In this document: positions 46,301-59,160 of the stretch, in pieces | Layout of the letters: every line of letters starts with the position of its first letter | How positions within the stretch are numbered: position 1 is the stretch's first letter | Assembly: GCA_950097015.1 (NCBI GenBank) | Contig: CATNEN010000003.1 | Span: forward strand, 12,462,001-12,526,000 | Direction: 5' to 3' | DNA length: 64,000 bases | From: Macrostomum hystrix | Taxonomy: Eukaryota; Animalia; Platyhelminthes | Translations under genes and position numbers: made by a program | Notes under the pieces: generated by a model | What the model was told of the DNA's origin: nothing | The model's database searches: none | Seen by the model: the letters and a program-made list of their open reading frames with translations, nothing else

Positions 46301-47905
46301 TGCAGCCTGTAAGCTTTTCCGCCGCGCGGTCCACTTCCTCGCAGTTGATCATAGGAGTTTCCTCCATGAGCTCCTGCAGGTGAGACTCTAGGATAGCTGT
46401 GCAGGCCGTCCAGTCAGTGTTACGGATGTTGCGTCTCCAAGTGATTGGGGATCGCTGATTAACACCCGCATATTGAAAGCTACGAAGCTGTGGTCAGACA
46501 AGGATGGTTCATCGAGCCAGACCCTCTACCCCTCGATGCTATTGAATAGCCGGGAGGTGGCCATGGTCGCGTCGAGAACCTCATTCCATCTGCCATTGTT
46601 GAAAGTTGGAGTGCTGACGCGGTTGCAGAGCATGAGATTCGTGCTGGATAGAAGGGCGAGAAACTCCTCTCCTCTAGCATTGGTGTTGTTACGGCCCCAG
46701 TGCTTGTGGTGGGCGTTGAGGTCACCCCCCCACGATCAGCTCAGCTTTCTGGGCTTCGCAGTACTGCGCCAGGCGTAACAGGCTCTCCGGAGCAGGATCT
46801 CCATCACCCGGGATATAGATCGAGGCGATGAAGCATCTCCGTGCATGGAGAGAGTCAGATTGGATGACAGAGATCTCAATCTTAAAGGTCGGTTCTCAGC
46901 CAATCCTTGAGGTGGTTGGTGGCGAGGATAGACGCTCGAGGGCGGTTTGTTCCCGGGCCACACACATAGAAATCAGAGTAGCCGTAAGGGATATTTGGCA
47001 ACGTACCGTTGCGAAGCCAGGGTTCCTAAAGCAGGATTGATACCAGCCTTATACTTTAAATTAAATTAGTTGATGCTGATATACAGAGCTGTAGATTAAT
47101 TTGTAGGCAGTAAGTGGCTCCTTTTGTTGATGGAGCAGTCATACTGTATTAAATGCAGAGTCTGGCTTGACCTCTAGGACGTACAACTTAAGGGGACTTG
47201 GACAAGAGCGCGTCTTCGTCTTATGTGTCCGGAGGTGAACTGGGAGAGGGGAGGTTGTCGACGTCCATCCCCTCTTCGCTCCCCTCAGCGCCTCCTTCAG
47301 GCGCCCCGGACCCCGACGTCAGAGTAGAGGAGGTTTCCTCCGCCTCCACGTCGCTGTCCGGGGCCCCCGTCAGAGTCACCGAAGAGAGTTCCGAGTCCGA
47401 TGCGCCGGCTTCCGCTCCTGCTCCTGCTCCAGGAGGCGGCCCGCTTGACGTCCGAGGATCAGCCGATGCCGATGCCTCGGTTGCCGAGTTGTTGCCCGTT
47501 GGTTGGCTAGGTGTGCCGGTTGCCTTGGGGCCGGCTTTCGACTGCCCTTTGGACTTTGGCTTCCTCGACTTGCCACCACTGGAGCTGTCTTGGCTGGCCT
47601 TGGTGGTCTTCTGCTTCGGTTGGTTTAATGCAGTTTTACCCGTTTCCTTCCTTCCCTCGGCGCATTTTTAGCTTCAGAGCCCCCAGCTGGAAAAAGGATC
47701 CATCTGGGTATCTCCTGGCCCATGCCTCGGACAAGCCGAGGACAATAGTCTGTCCCGCATTCCCCTTTTGAACTTTCCGGTGATACACCAGTCCGCTCGC
47801 CGGGAGGTTGGGGTTTAGGCGTAGTAGCACCTTCCGTACCACGTCCGGTCCCACTGCTGTACTCCGTTCTGGCACAAACACCAGATACGGGGTCGTTTTG
47901 GGGCG
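43325..47905 (-). mobile_element. Decayed near full-length non-LTR retrotransposon (I-group, Loa/Lian-like): ORF1, APE endonuclease, RT, RNase H, CCHC knuckle
   Basis: ORF1 fragment LLRLNPNLP...IVLGL...FQLG; APE LQINLQ...LL*EPW and SDH; RT KSPGP.GI, VVFIPKPGK..Y...KAFRPISL, QHAFRTGRST, FLDIEGAFDNV, GYADD, LGVML; RNase H SDSQAAL, WVPGHEGFQGNELADVLAK; CSFCNSGDETAEHFVSIC. Many frameshifts and stops. Confidence 0.92.
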
Positions 47906-48497
47906 CGATGGGAGATGACGCGATGAGAGATTAGGTGATGGGAGTTGATGCGATGAGAGATTAGGTGATGGGAGTTGATGCGATGAGAGATTAGGCGATG
48001 GGAGATCAGGTGATGGGAGATCAGGTGATGGGAGATCAGGCGATGGGAGATGAGGCGATGGGAGATCAGGCGATGGGAGATGAGACGATGGGAGATGAGG
48101 CGATGGGAGATGAGGCGATGGGAGATTAGGCGATGGGAGATTAGGCGATGGGAGATGAGGCGATGGGAGATGAGGCGATGGGAGATAATGTGATGGGAGA
48201 TGAGGCGATGCGAGATGAGGCGATGGGAGATCAGGCGATGGGAGATGAGGCGATGGGAGACGAGGCGATGGGAGATGAGGCGATGGGAGATGAGGCGATG
48301 GGAGATAATGTGATGGGAGATCAGGCGATGGGAAATGAGGCGATGGGAGATGAGGCGATGGGAGATGAGGCGATGGGAGATCAGGCGATGGGAGATGAGG
48401 CGATAGGAGATGAGGCGATGGGAGATGAGACGATGGGAGATGAGGCGATGGGAGACGAGGCGATGGGAGATGAGGTGATGGGAGATGAGGCGATGGA
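47903..48497 (+). repeat. 15-bp minisatellite GCGATGGGAGATGAG
   Basis: About 35 units abutting the LINE 5' end. Confidence 0.97.
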
Positions 48498-49107
48498 GTT
48501 CTCTCCCCTCAACTTCCTCCGGAAGAGGAATTTAGCTCGTTAACTACCAATAATTGTTCGCCTCAAATGTGCAAATCCAACTTTTGTTTCAGGCCATCGA
48601 AAAAGTCCGCAAAAAGAGAGATGCTTGGCAATTCATTTCTATTATTAATTTTTTTATTTTAAACAGATCAAAATAGCCACTCTTTGCTATACTCAAAATG
48701 TTGCGAATTATAATAAAATAATAAAATTTTAGTTCCGAAAGAAACAACACGATTAGGCAAGCCGGGCGCGTAAACCACGACAATTACATTGACATTGTCG
48801 AGGTTAGGATGCTGGGGTGGCAGCTGGCAAACATACGAGTATAAAGAACAGGATAATGTCTGTGAACCAGCACGTGATTCAAGAAACAGCACGAAGGATT
48901 AATGGAAAAGCCTGAAGTAACAAGGGGAGAAAACTGAAGAATTAGGGGAGGTATAGAAGGAAAAGGGGATTATTAAGAGAATCAGAATAATCTAATAGAA
49001 ACAAGAGATAAAGCAACTATTTTCTAAAACAACCATAGACTAAAAAAGAACAGGTAAATCTGGATATGATTAATGGCACGTAGAGTTTTATTGACAATGA
49101 ACATCGT

Positions 49108-52100
49108 TCAACAACCACTGCTACCGTTTCGCAGCCGCTTCTCATAGTTGTGACACAGACTAATGAGCGTCCTAAGGCCCAGAAGGTAGCCCTCGTCAGG
49201 GCTAGAGAAATTCTCGTTAGATTGCTGCTGCTGCTGCTGCTGCTGCTGTTGCTGCCGCGGTGTTAGCACAACAGTGTGAGTAAAATCCACCATTTTAACT
49301 AGAACATGGGGCCTAGTAGAATCGGCGAGGGCTTTAGGACAGCACTCAACGCCCAATAGGATGGAACTGGCATAGAAATGCAACAGATCTTGCGAGTTGA
49401 ACCAGGCCAAAATGTCTTCTAGTTGCGCAATCATTTGACGCAACAGGCGCAAACGCTGCCCTTCTGGCATACTGTCAATTAGGGGCGGAATGACCAGCTG
49501 GTGCATATTGTCCGGTGTGATGTCCTTGCCGTAGCGCTTGCTGAATCGCTTGAAGTGGCCCTCTGCAATGCGAAAATTGTAAAGTTTGATGGGATTAATT
49601 AAAATGGGATAAATAGGACGACAAATTTAGGAAATGGACTATTAGGCTAGAGGATCGTTTAGAAATGAAAAGGGGTCATTTAGGAAGGGATTAGTTTAAA
49701 AGTTGATAATTTGGGCAGGAGATAATTAAGAAATGGGAGAACTTTGGAAGGGGATTACTTAGGAATGGGATAAATTAGAGAGAGGATTCATACAACGATT
49801 AACAAGCGGATAATAACAATAGGATAAGTTAGGAAGAGAAGAAGTTTGATAGGGGATGCATTTGGAAAGGGATAGAATTGGGAAAAAGATAATTGAAAAT
49901 TGGATCAGTTAAAAATGATAAATTATGAGAAAGAAATTGTGAAAGATGGTATTTTACAAGGAGATTATTAGGAAACTGATAACGAAAAACTAGGTTATTT
50001 GAGAAGGGGATAATTTGGGCAGGGGATAAAGTTGAAAGAGGATCCGTTCAGAAAAGTAACGATTAACATGGGGAAAGATTGACAAAGGCACTTTTAAATT
50101 AGGGGATAAATATTGGTGAGCATGAGCAGCATTTACCAGCAGCTTTGTCGTTGCTATTCTCTAAGCCGGCACTATCGCCATTGGCAACGCCCTCGCCGTG
50201 ACAGTCGCTTTGCCAAACCCGCAGGCCGGTAACAAAGAAGCCAATTTCGTGTCTGTAGGCATATTTGCCAATCTCGGCTTGTCGCTTCTCCTCAGAGGCC
50301 GTCGGCTCGTAGCTTTTGGCGCCCATTTTCACGTCCATCACAGACGGCTTTGAGAAGCCCTGGAGTAGGTCCTCGAGGCGTAGGAAGCGAGTACCGGTTT
50401 CCGGGTGCCTGTAGACGCCTGTGGTAATAAAACACTGGGATTTGTAAAATATTATTGGTTAGTAGGGCTACTGAGTAGGAATACGAAGATTTGAGTAGGG
50501 GAAGAATCCATGATAGGGTAGATTTGAGTAGGGAAAGAATCCATGATAGGGTAGATTTGAGTAGGGGAAGAATCCATGATAGGGTAGATTAGAGTAGGGG
50601 AAGAATCCATGATAGGGTAGATTTGAGTAGGGGAAGAATCCATGATAGGGTAGATTTGAGTAGGGAAAGAATCCATGATAGGGTAGATTTGAGTAGGGCG
50701 AGAACCCATGATAGGGTAGATTGGGGTAGGGAAAAATAGAAGATCTGAAAGTGGGAATGAAACAGTACTAAATGTAATGAATTTGAGTACCAAAAAATTT
50801 CGGCAGAAACGGTCTCAGTCCGGCCAAAATTTGTCGCCCCTGTTGGTAAACCGACGGAGATTCGCCGTTAGCTTCGGCGAATACGGCTTTGTAAAAATCG
50901 GCTTCGCGATCGCCCTTCGGCGGCGGTTGAATCGGCTTGTAAACGCAGCGCTCCTCACGGCAATAGAGAACTGGAGAAAATTAAAAATTTGCACTTTGGA
51001 AATAAGAGCCTAGGAAAATTCTACGGTTTTCTAAACATGATAGCTTAAAAAGTTTACTTGCTTTTTTAATTTTGGTCACAGATACTATAATAACTGTTAT
51101 TATAGCTGTTAATATTATAACTGTTAATTTTATAACTGTTAACTGTTATTATAGTAACTGTGATTTTGGTCAAAGACTAAGATTTCGAACTTTTCGACAC
51201 ATATCGGGTGAAAAAAGTCGATAACTCTAAGTTGAAATCTAAGGACATTTTTTTGTATTTTATATGATATTGGGTTCTTTGGAGTGCCGATTTTAATGCC
51301 TAACAAATAACACTAGCTTTAGATACTTTCTCATTTGTATCAAAGCGTTGCAGATTTCGATACATATCGGGTGGAAAGTTAAAAAATTTTATTTCAGTAT
51401 AATCTATTAATGCGTTACTGACTAAACTAGCTTTTAGATTCTTTAGATATTTTTTCTTTTTTTATCAAAGTGTTTGCAGATTTCGATACATATCGGGTGG
51501 AAAAAGATTCGCTTTTGGACTCCCGATATCCCTTGTATCCCGATATGTTTTTTATATTTCAAAATTATCATATATTAGAACTTTTTTTCGTCTGTCGCAA
51601 ATAAAATCGTGGTCATATAAAGCTAATATGACTTTTATAATAAAGCACCCAGCCACGATAAATATTAGATTTCGAATGCAGACAGCTACTAACTACCCAA
51701 ACCCCACAAACTAAATAAGCCTGCATAATAAGAGCGTCTATACTTAAAAGTAAAGGGTAGATCAGCAAATAAACTTAGCTAAGAATGATATGTATAATTT
51801 TTCATTTTGGACAAACACAATATTTGCCTACTTCAAGTAGTACTTTAATGTATCTAAAAATGCGCTTTCCCTTAAACACAAATTAAGAGATGCGAAAATA
51901 GTGTGCTAGAAGAAAGCGCCATTTGTGCTAGAAATAGTTCTTTCGTTCGTTTGAAACTAAGCACATCGTTCTTAAAGAGCTACAGTGCTCAAAATAGGAA
52001 TGAGAAGGTAAACTATTACTCGCGAGGTCGCCTTTTATTTCAATCTTTTTTCTCAAGCCGTGCTTATTTTGGTATCTTTTGGCTATAATTTTTTTCTTGC

Positions 52101-52598
52101 GACATCAGCCCCCAAACAGGGCACATTGCACCTAGTCTAGATTTAACCGCCTCCAGTGTGTATTGTTCTAGAGAATAGAACTCGATGTAACTAAATGACT
52201 AAATGAAGGTAGAAACTGGGAGTGGTTCTAGTGGCACAATGAACACTTGTATTTAACTACATAAAAATTAACCTCAGCTAAACTTACAATTGACCCTAAC
52301 TTACAATGACAGACAATATCTTGCATCAGAAATGCATAAGTTGCCTACAAAAGTACTAATTAGATGACGAGTCGTTTAAAAACAAAGAATATATGTATAG
52401 CTGCTCCCGCTGCTTACCCGAGCACTTTAATGTTTTACCATGTAGTCTAATTTAGGAACTTTGAGACTTCTTAACATTTTCATTGCTTTCAAGACAAAGT
52501 GCGGGTAGCTTACCACTCTTAGAAGATGGCATCGAACAGCCATGCCCAGCAACCTGATGCTCGTAGCTGGTGATGTTACTTGGCAATGTTAATTCCAT
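49108..52598 (-). CDS. IPMK: Inositol polyphosphate multikinase (exons 52598-52514, 50970-50791, 50418-50137, 49562-49108)
   Basis: HQVAGHG; exon 2 (missing from the ORF track) VYKPIQPPPKGDREADFY...LRPFLPKFFG; LEDLLQGFSKPSVMDVKMG (PxxxDxKxG); FYASSILL; VKMVDFTH; DEGYLLGL. Phase-1 introns are all compatible. Confidence 0.93.
50487..50732 (+). repeat. 33-bp minisatellite GTAGATTTGAGTAGGGGAAGAATCCATGATAGG
   Basis: About 7 units in IPMK intron 2. Confidence 0.95.
51180..51550. repeat. Dispersed TTCGATACATATCGGGTG motif (3 direct copies plus inverted CCCGATAT), probable DNA-transposon remnant
   Basis: Copies near 51193, 51355 and 51481; inverted partial copies at 51521-51548. Confidence 0.45.
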
Positions 52599-55500
52599 TC
52601 TAATGCAACAAACAGAAGTCAATGCAGCCACTTGATGTTTCAAGTTTGTCGAGTGAAAACAATGCACTGCTTTGGTAGGTAAATAGCCAAAGCTATTTAA
52701 TAATTTAAGCTGCAATTAATAGGTGGTAAAATATATCTATAGGATTACAAGGAAGTTAAGTCAAATTGTTAATCAAGAAAGATTGATAATAAATTAATTT
52801 TACAATAAAGTCGAGGTTAGAAGCTAACTACAGATTTATTTTGAATTTCATACAGGTCTACATTATGAATACACTTCTCTCTTAGTATCCAATATTATAA
52901 GTACAAAGACAAAAATAAACTATAAGAAAATAAATGGTGTAGAGTTTAGTTTTAATCAATAGTGGGATATTAACAAATGAAGCCAAGTGAAGCCAAATAA
53001 AATATACAAAAGCTATGCCAAAAAATAAAACCATTAAAAGCAAATTTGACCTTAAATTGACATTGGCTCTAGTTATATTCTTATGTTGGAGCATCCCTAC
53101 ATGGAAAAGTTGAGATTATTACAAATAACTAAGACATGCATTTTGCCTGCTGCCTAGGTGGAAAAACACAGAAAATGAATATATGCCTAGGGCATGTATA
53201 CATTATTGATTAAATGATTAATAGCTAGCTAATGATAATATTGAGCTGATACATATAGCCAAATTAACATATAACCAAGCAACAGTTTGATATTAAATGA
53301 AGCTTATAATGCTTAAAGTTTATATATAAGATTCATTGGCAATCTTCTGGTTTTGCAAGTTAAATTTAAAATGTTTTAATAACAATAGTTTAAACAACTT
53401 CATAAAATTTATAAATTATTGTAAAAAACAAAAAATGAATAAAAACGAACAAAGAACAACCAACAAAGCCAATCAGATGTCATAGCAATGCACTCAGACA
53501 GTATTGGTAGTATGCCACTCAGAAAAGACTATTGCCTGCCCTAAGGTAAATGAACAACATATTTTGCTTTTGTTTTGGTCCTTGACATAGTCATGTCCTG
53601 CTACATCATAAAAAACTCGTATGAGTTTTAGTATTTACTCGCAGCGGCTAACAAAAGTGTGGGCGTGGCACAATGAAAATATCTCAGTAGGCCTATCTCC
53701 ACTTAAGGTACCTCAAGCAAAAGTATGATTGTTTCACAGTAGTTCAACAAAAAATCAAGCGCAGTCTGCAGCCATTTAATTATTAAATATACTTTCAAGG
53801 CCAACGGGCAAGTGAAGCAGTCCGTCACCTGGACAAGGTGACTAGGTGAGCCTCAGGCTCAGAGCTCAGATGTGACAGAACACATGATTGATTCACAGCT
53901 ATTTACTGGACTTAGAGTCGACTAGATTATACAGGATTCATAAAAAACTGCAGGAGGCCTATTAGACATTAAGCGCTATGACCAGCATTAGATATTCGCA
54001 TGATAGGGTTATAGTTGCAGGCAATTGTAGTCAAGTACGTTTTTTAGTGCGCGCACGAGCGCTATTCTAAGATTCAGACTCATTTAAAAATGCGCTAACT
54101 CATAATTTTATTTTATGTACACTTCATTTTTGCTAATTATTTTACTTTAAACAAATTCTTACAATATCACAATATGGGCCTATGGGACACAAAAAAATGC
54201 CAAGTTTTTTATTTCATAATTAATATACACATATAAAACTAAACTTATTTTGCAAAGCTGGGCAAATGGCAAGTACGCGTTGACTTTTAGCAAATACGAC
54301 AGCAACTATAAATCACCAAGCAAAAACTGTCTAATAGAATCTGCTTGTTTTTGTAGCATCCGATCCGAGTGAACACATGTAACAAGTTGTATGAATGATA
54401 GAAATATATTAACCCTCTTGACTTTTCAATTTTATTCAATTTTTTTAGCGAAGCACAATACGACGCGTGGAAAGTGTCAGGTGTTTTTAAAAATGAAACT
54501 AACTGAGCAGTGCTCACGAGAGCACGAGACTTTCCACAGGACCCTTTCATATCGAAAGTTGCCTGCAGCAGTTTAAATTTTCGCCGAAACTTTTTCCTGA
54601 CGATATTTATTAGGGATATTTTGATGAGATTTTACGATTATATCTAAGTACACTCGAGCTGGCTGTTTTAGGTCATCATTTTCGCAGATTTTTTAGCAAG
54701 GCTAATTTTCCTCAAGCGATGCAACTACGAGCGTATATTAGCACCATCTTGGACAAAATCAGCTGCTAGGAACAATCACGATAGAGATAGAAAATTAAAC
54801 CCACTAAGGATCGAGACAGTTAAAAATCCACCTAAAATGCGTTCTATAGATGGCTTTTACCTGCAAATTTATTAAATTTATAAACATGAAAATGGAGCGG
54901 ACCCAGGCCGGCTATTCCTCCGACCTCCAATCTTCGACGCAGAACTTTCGAACTTTAAAGCTCGATCGACATATCATCTCTATCGCAAATTTTCAATGTC
55001 CTTTGAAGTAGGCCTTATTGTAAAGAAATCGGCATACTTTATGGCTAGTAAATAGTTTGTCAGTTGAATACTCTGAAGGCCGAAGGGAAGTATACGCGAT
55101 GATGGTTGCCATTATCAGCTCCTATAGACCATTACGCAAGACCAGAACTAATCTTATAATAGATTTGAGAGCTAAACTACAAATACAAAATGCTATATAT
55201 ATATATATACTACATTAAATACAAAAAACAACGCGCAATAGTATAATAAGGATGGATGTAATTTTAACATCTACGAGTAGATTTACGTTTATTGTATTGA
55301 TCATTAGTAAAATGAAACTAATGATCGTTTCAAAGTAAATACACACAATTGTAGAATGAAGGTAATTAAAATGAACTATTGTCCTTGCTGCACGGATGGT
55401 ACCACGTGCACTCGCGGACTACTTACTTTAAAGCTGATATATATAAAAGACATATGAGGTCGTGGATGCTTCGATGGGAATAAAAACTTCCCATATTTTT

Positions 55501-56283
55501 CGGGAAAACGGATCACAATAACAGTTGATGACTAAATACCGTAAAGCTGTAATATACTCTTTAGCTAAACGCCTAAGCCAATCGCCTACACAGCTGAGAT
55601 TGCACACGTGTAAGTGACTGTTAGTGTATGACGAATTCTTTTTTTCAGTTTACAGTTAATAATTGCCCATTATTTTAGGTTGAAAAAATTACACCCAAAT
55701 GAAAAAACTGTATGGAGTTGGTCGCGTAAAAGTAGTTCTAACAAAATAGATAAGCCATCGGAAATAGGAAACTTTTAACCTCTATTAGAATAGATAGCAA
55801 ATAAGCTGTGCAAGAAATAATAACCTACAGCTGTGTGTGTGTCACCTGATAACACAGCTAGCCCTCCCCTCTCTCACCCCCTTCCTCTGAACTGTGCACC
55901 TGTATGGTACGATCGAGTACTGGGCATGCACAATATACCTTACCTTTACTGTGCAGCATATGCGCGAATGTACAGCAATTTTACTGTGGAGTATCAAGCC
56001 CTCTTTCTTAACTAAATAAACTTGACTCAAAGTTGATCTCGTCTGATCAGAATGTTCATTAAAATTTAGCTATACTATTGTACGATCACTTTCCTACGTC
56101 AGTGAGTTATATAATTATATATGCGTACTCTGTTCATAGGTATAAATAATACAAGCTATAGAATAGCATTGGCAGGTTGTATAAGTAGAACAAGTCCTTT
56201 TTCTACTCTACAAATATAAAGCGTTATTTATGGGCGAACAGTAAAGAACAGATTGCTCACCTATTAATCTTTAGCCTATAAAA

Positions 56284-57597
56284 ATGCTCACTCTAGTAGC
56301 GGGCATACAGATAGTCATTCTTGCTGCCTTTCTGCCAGCCATCGTGACACCTGGAACGGTACTTCTGGCAGCTGATATAGATGATAAACGCGACCAACTG
56401 CAGCAAACTCGACAAATTATCATCGCGCACTTCTCCAAATCTGACGTCATCATTGAAGTTGGCGAACGAGCTGAACTCAGCTTTCGTCTGAGCAATCGAT
56501 TCAACGATTCTGGCGGTAATGTTTACCTCTACTTCACTTACCAGGAGGAGCCGGGTGCTCAGATTACTAACAGACAGCGGATTCCAGTGATTCAAGACCT
56601 TGCCGATCCAGCAGTGCCATCGTCAGTGAATGACTCTGTGGCCTTCACAATAATCGGCTTGACTCCGGGTCACGTGATCATTGGACTCAATTCAACTAAT
56701 GCGGAATTCGAAAATCGTCGAGACAGATTTATTCGGATCAGAGTGATTCGCAGTCACTGGCTGGATGTCGTCAACTTTATCGTTGGAATTCTCTATGTAA
56801 TCTGCTGGTCGACCTCCTATTATCCGCAGACTTGGCTAAATTACACCCGCAAATCGGTTGTCGGCCTGAATTTCGACTTTGTCGGATTAAACATTCTCGG
56901 CTTCGCTGTGTACAGCGTGTTCAATGTTGGCTTATACTGGATTCCGGCTTTGCAGAGCATGTACTTTGCCCAGCATCCAAGAGGCGTGATTCCGGTCCAA
57001 CTAGCCGACTGCGTCTTTGCACTGCACTGTCTGGCAATCACCATCATTCAAGGCTTTCAATGCCTGTTTTACGAACGTGGCAGTCAGAGACTGTCCCTGG
57101 TTGGCAGTTTGTTGCTAGGCGGTATGACGTCATTCTTGTTAATTAGCCTAACGCTGGCTGCTACCTGGGGTCCAAGATTTGGTCTAAATTGGCTGCAGTT
57201 TGTCTATTTTGCTTCCTACATTAAGCTGGCTGTCACACTTACAAAGTACGTGCCGCAGGCCTTCATGAACTACAAGCGGCAGTCCACCTGGGGCTGGTCT
57301 ATCGGCCAGGTGTATCTGGACTTTGCTGGCGGCTTTCTCAGCATTGGCCAAATGATTCTGCTGGCGCACAACTATAGCGACTGGGGCTCATTGCTGGGCG
57401 ACCCGACCAAGCTGGGTCTTGGCGTTGTGTCCGTGATGTACGACTGTCTCTTCTTTGTACAGCACTACTGCTTATATGGACCAGGTGTTGGCCATCGAAT
57501 TGCATTGAACACTGACCACCTGTCTAACAATGTGGATGTCAATGACTGCGAGTACGACGTTGAGACATCGATTGACGAGAAGTCTAGACTATTGTGA
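56284..57597 (+). CDS. CTNS: Cystinosin, lysosomal cystine/H+ symporter (single coding exon)
   Basis: Signal peptide, N-glycosylated luminal domain, WSTSYYPQTWLNYTRKSVVGLNFDF, IPVQLADCVFALH, YERGSQRLS, SYIKLAVTLTKYVPQAFMNYKRQSTWGWSIGQVYLDFAGG, GDPTKLGLG, QHYCLY. Confidence 0.97.
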   Translation: MLTLVAGIQIVILAAFLPAIVTPGTVLLAADIDDKRDQLQQTRQIIIAHFSKSDVIIEVGERAELSFRLSNRFNDSGGNVYLYFTYQEEPGAQITNRQRIPVIQDLADPAVPSSVNDSVAFTIIGLTPGHVIIGLNSTNAEFENRRDRFIRIRVIRSHWLDVVNFIVGILYVICWSTSYYPQTWLNYTRKSVVGLNFDFVGLNILGFAVYSVFNVGLYWIPALQSMYFAQHPRGVIPVQLADCVFALHCLAITIIQGFQCLFYERGSQRLSLVGSLLLGGMTSFLLISLTLAATWGPRFGLNWLQFVYFASYIKLAVTLTKYVPQAFMNYKRQSTWGWSIGQVYLDFAGGFLSIGQMILLAHNYSDWGSLLGDPTKLGLGVVSVMYDCLFFVQHYCLYGPGVGHRIALNTDHLSNNVDVNDCEYDVETSIDEKSRLL

Positions 57598-57938
57598 GAG
57601 CCATTCTTGAACAGTACAAAAACCAACGGGGTATTTAAAATGCCCACTGCCTACGAGTACTTTATGATAGCTCCCAAACCGGATAACCGATTTTCCTGAA
57701 AGTCCTCCATATGAACTAACTTTCAAAGCCGTCCGAGTCAGCATCGTCGAGATATTCAGCGATTCTTGTCAGAGACCCTGGTGACAAGGAGACATAGGTC
57801 TGTATTAACCTGTTTGGCGAATCCGTATAAATTAAAAAAAACAATTTATAAATTCAAAGCCTTGGCGAAGCCGAGGCCCAGAAGCGCAGTCCGAAGCCGT
57901 TCCTAGGCCATAGACAACGAGTTCAGGGGGTATTATAG

Positions 57939-58119
57939 TATTTAATCCTAATGCTTGGCCCGGCTCCCGAGATTGCACTACTAAAACTGTTTACAGCAAC
58001 TGTGACCATAGACTATATGTTTAATCGGCCTAGGCCGTTAAATGACTGGCTTAGGCCAGTTAAATAATAAATACATAGAATTAATAGCCAATAGGCCGGG
58101 CCAAGCTGGGGATTAAATA
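57939..58119. mobile_element. MITE-like inverted-repeat element
   Basis: TATTTAATCCTAATGCTTGGCCCGGC ... GCCGGGCCAAGCTGGGGATTAAATA, with an inner GGCCTAGGCC/GGCTTAGGCC pair. Confidence 0.6.
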
Positions 58120-59160
58120 GCACCGTCGTCTTTCTACTGTTAATGTCTTGCATTACTCGTACCAATGTAACATTCAAAAAATTAAATATCTAGAGGCAGT
58201 TGTTATTAAAAAAGTACGTTTTTGTTATAAACTAATTTGTCTTAAAAAAGCAGAAATTAAGTGTAGATTTTCATTCTTTTCAACTGTTTTGATTTGTTTA
58301 AAAACCAAATATATCGATCGGAAAGTATGTACCACATTTCAATATTTCAAACTCGATACGGTTTTGCTTTACTCGATAAGAAAAATAGGGTTGACTTATT
58401 AGTATTGACAATAAACAAATAGTATGGAATGAAATATGACTTTAAACAAGAATCAAGTTTGAAAATATGCCAAAACAAGAAGACAAATAATGAAGAATCG
58501 GGAGAAAATCGACGATAACAAGAGGGGTAACAATCAGTTAAAGAAATTCTATAAGAAACACTATGACATATAAGCAGATGTTCTCACTTTTTTTCTTTTT
58601 TCCTTAATTTTGTTTCTAATCGAAATCTATTTATATTTGTTGCCACAGCTTCTTTTTTATAACAAACTTTCGATCCTATTGTCTTATCCCCATTTCCATT
58701 TATATCCTCCCCAAAATAACTTTCTATCTTACTCAATCCCGTCCACTTTTTTCCCAGTACTTTTGTCTTTTCCCCAATGCCATTTTCACTTCTTAAATCC
58801 GTTCTTCTCTTCCGAAAATCCCATTTTCTTTTCCCTAATCAATTTTCTTTAATCCAAATTCTTCTTCCTAAAACTCATCTTTCCCAATCCCATTGTCTCT
58901 TCTCTAGTCCCACTCTTTCTTACCCAATCTCATTGTCCATTCACCTATCCGATTGTCTATTTCCTAATCCCATTCTCTCTTCCCTAATCCCATCGTCTAT
59001 TCCCTATCCTATTCTCTCTTCCCCAATCTTATAGTCTTACCCCACAAATCTAATTATATCTTATCCTAAATCCTACCCCAAATCCTCCCTACAAAACATT
59101 TTTTATCCCATATTTTTATTGATGTAGAAAATCGTTACTGGCTACTTCGGACAATGGGTT

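Noticed and set aside
47037-47190. AT-rich insertion in the LINE
   Set aside because: On the minus strand it translates as CLQINLQ...LL*EPW, the decayed start of the APE domain, so it is not foreign DNA.
52100-52450. Candidate IPMK exon 2 fragments (IEFYSL..., HGKTLK...)
   Set aside because: Phase incompatible; the real exon is 50970-50791 with KPIQPPPKG.RE..FY.
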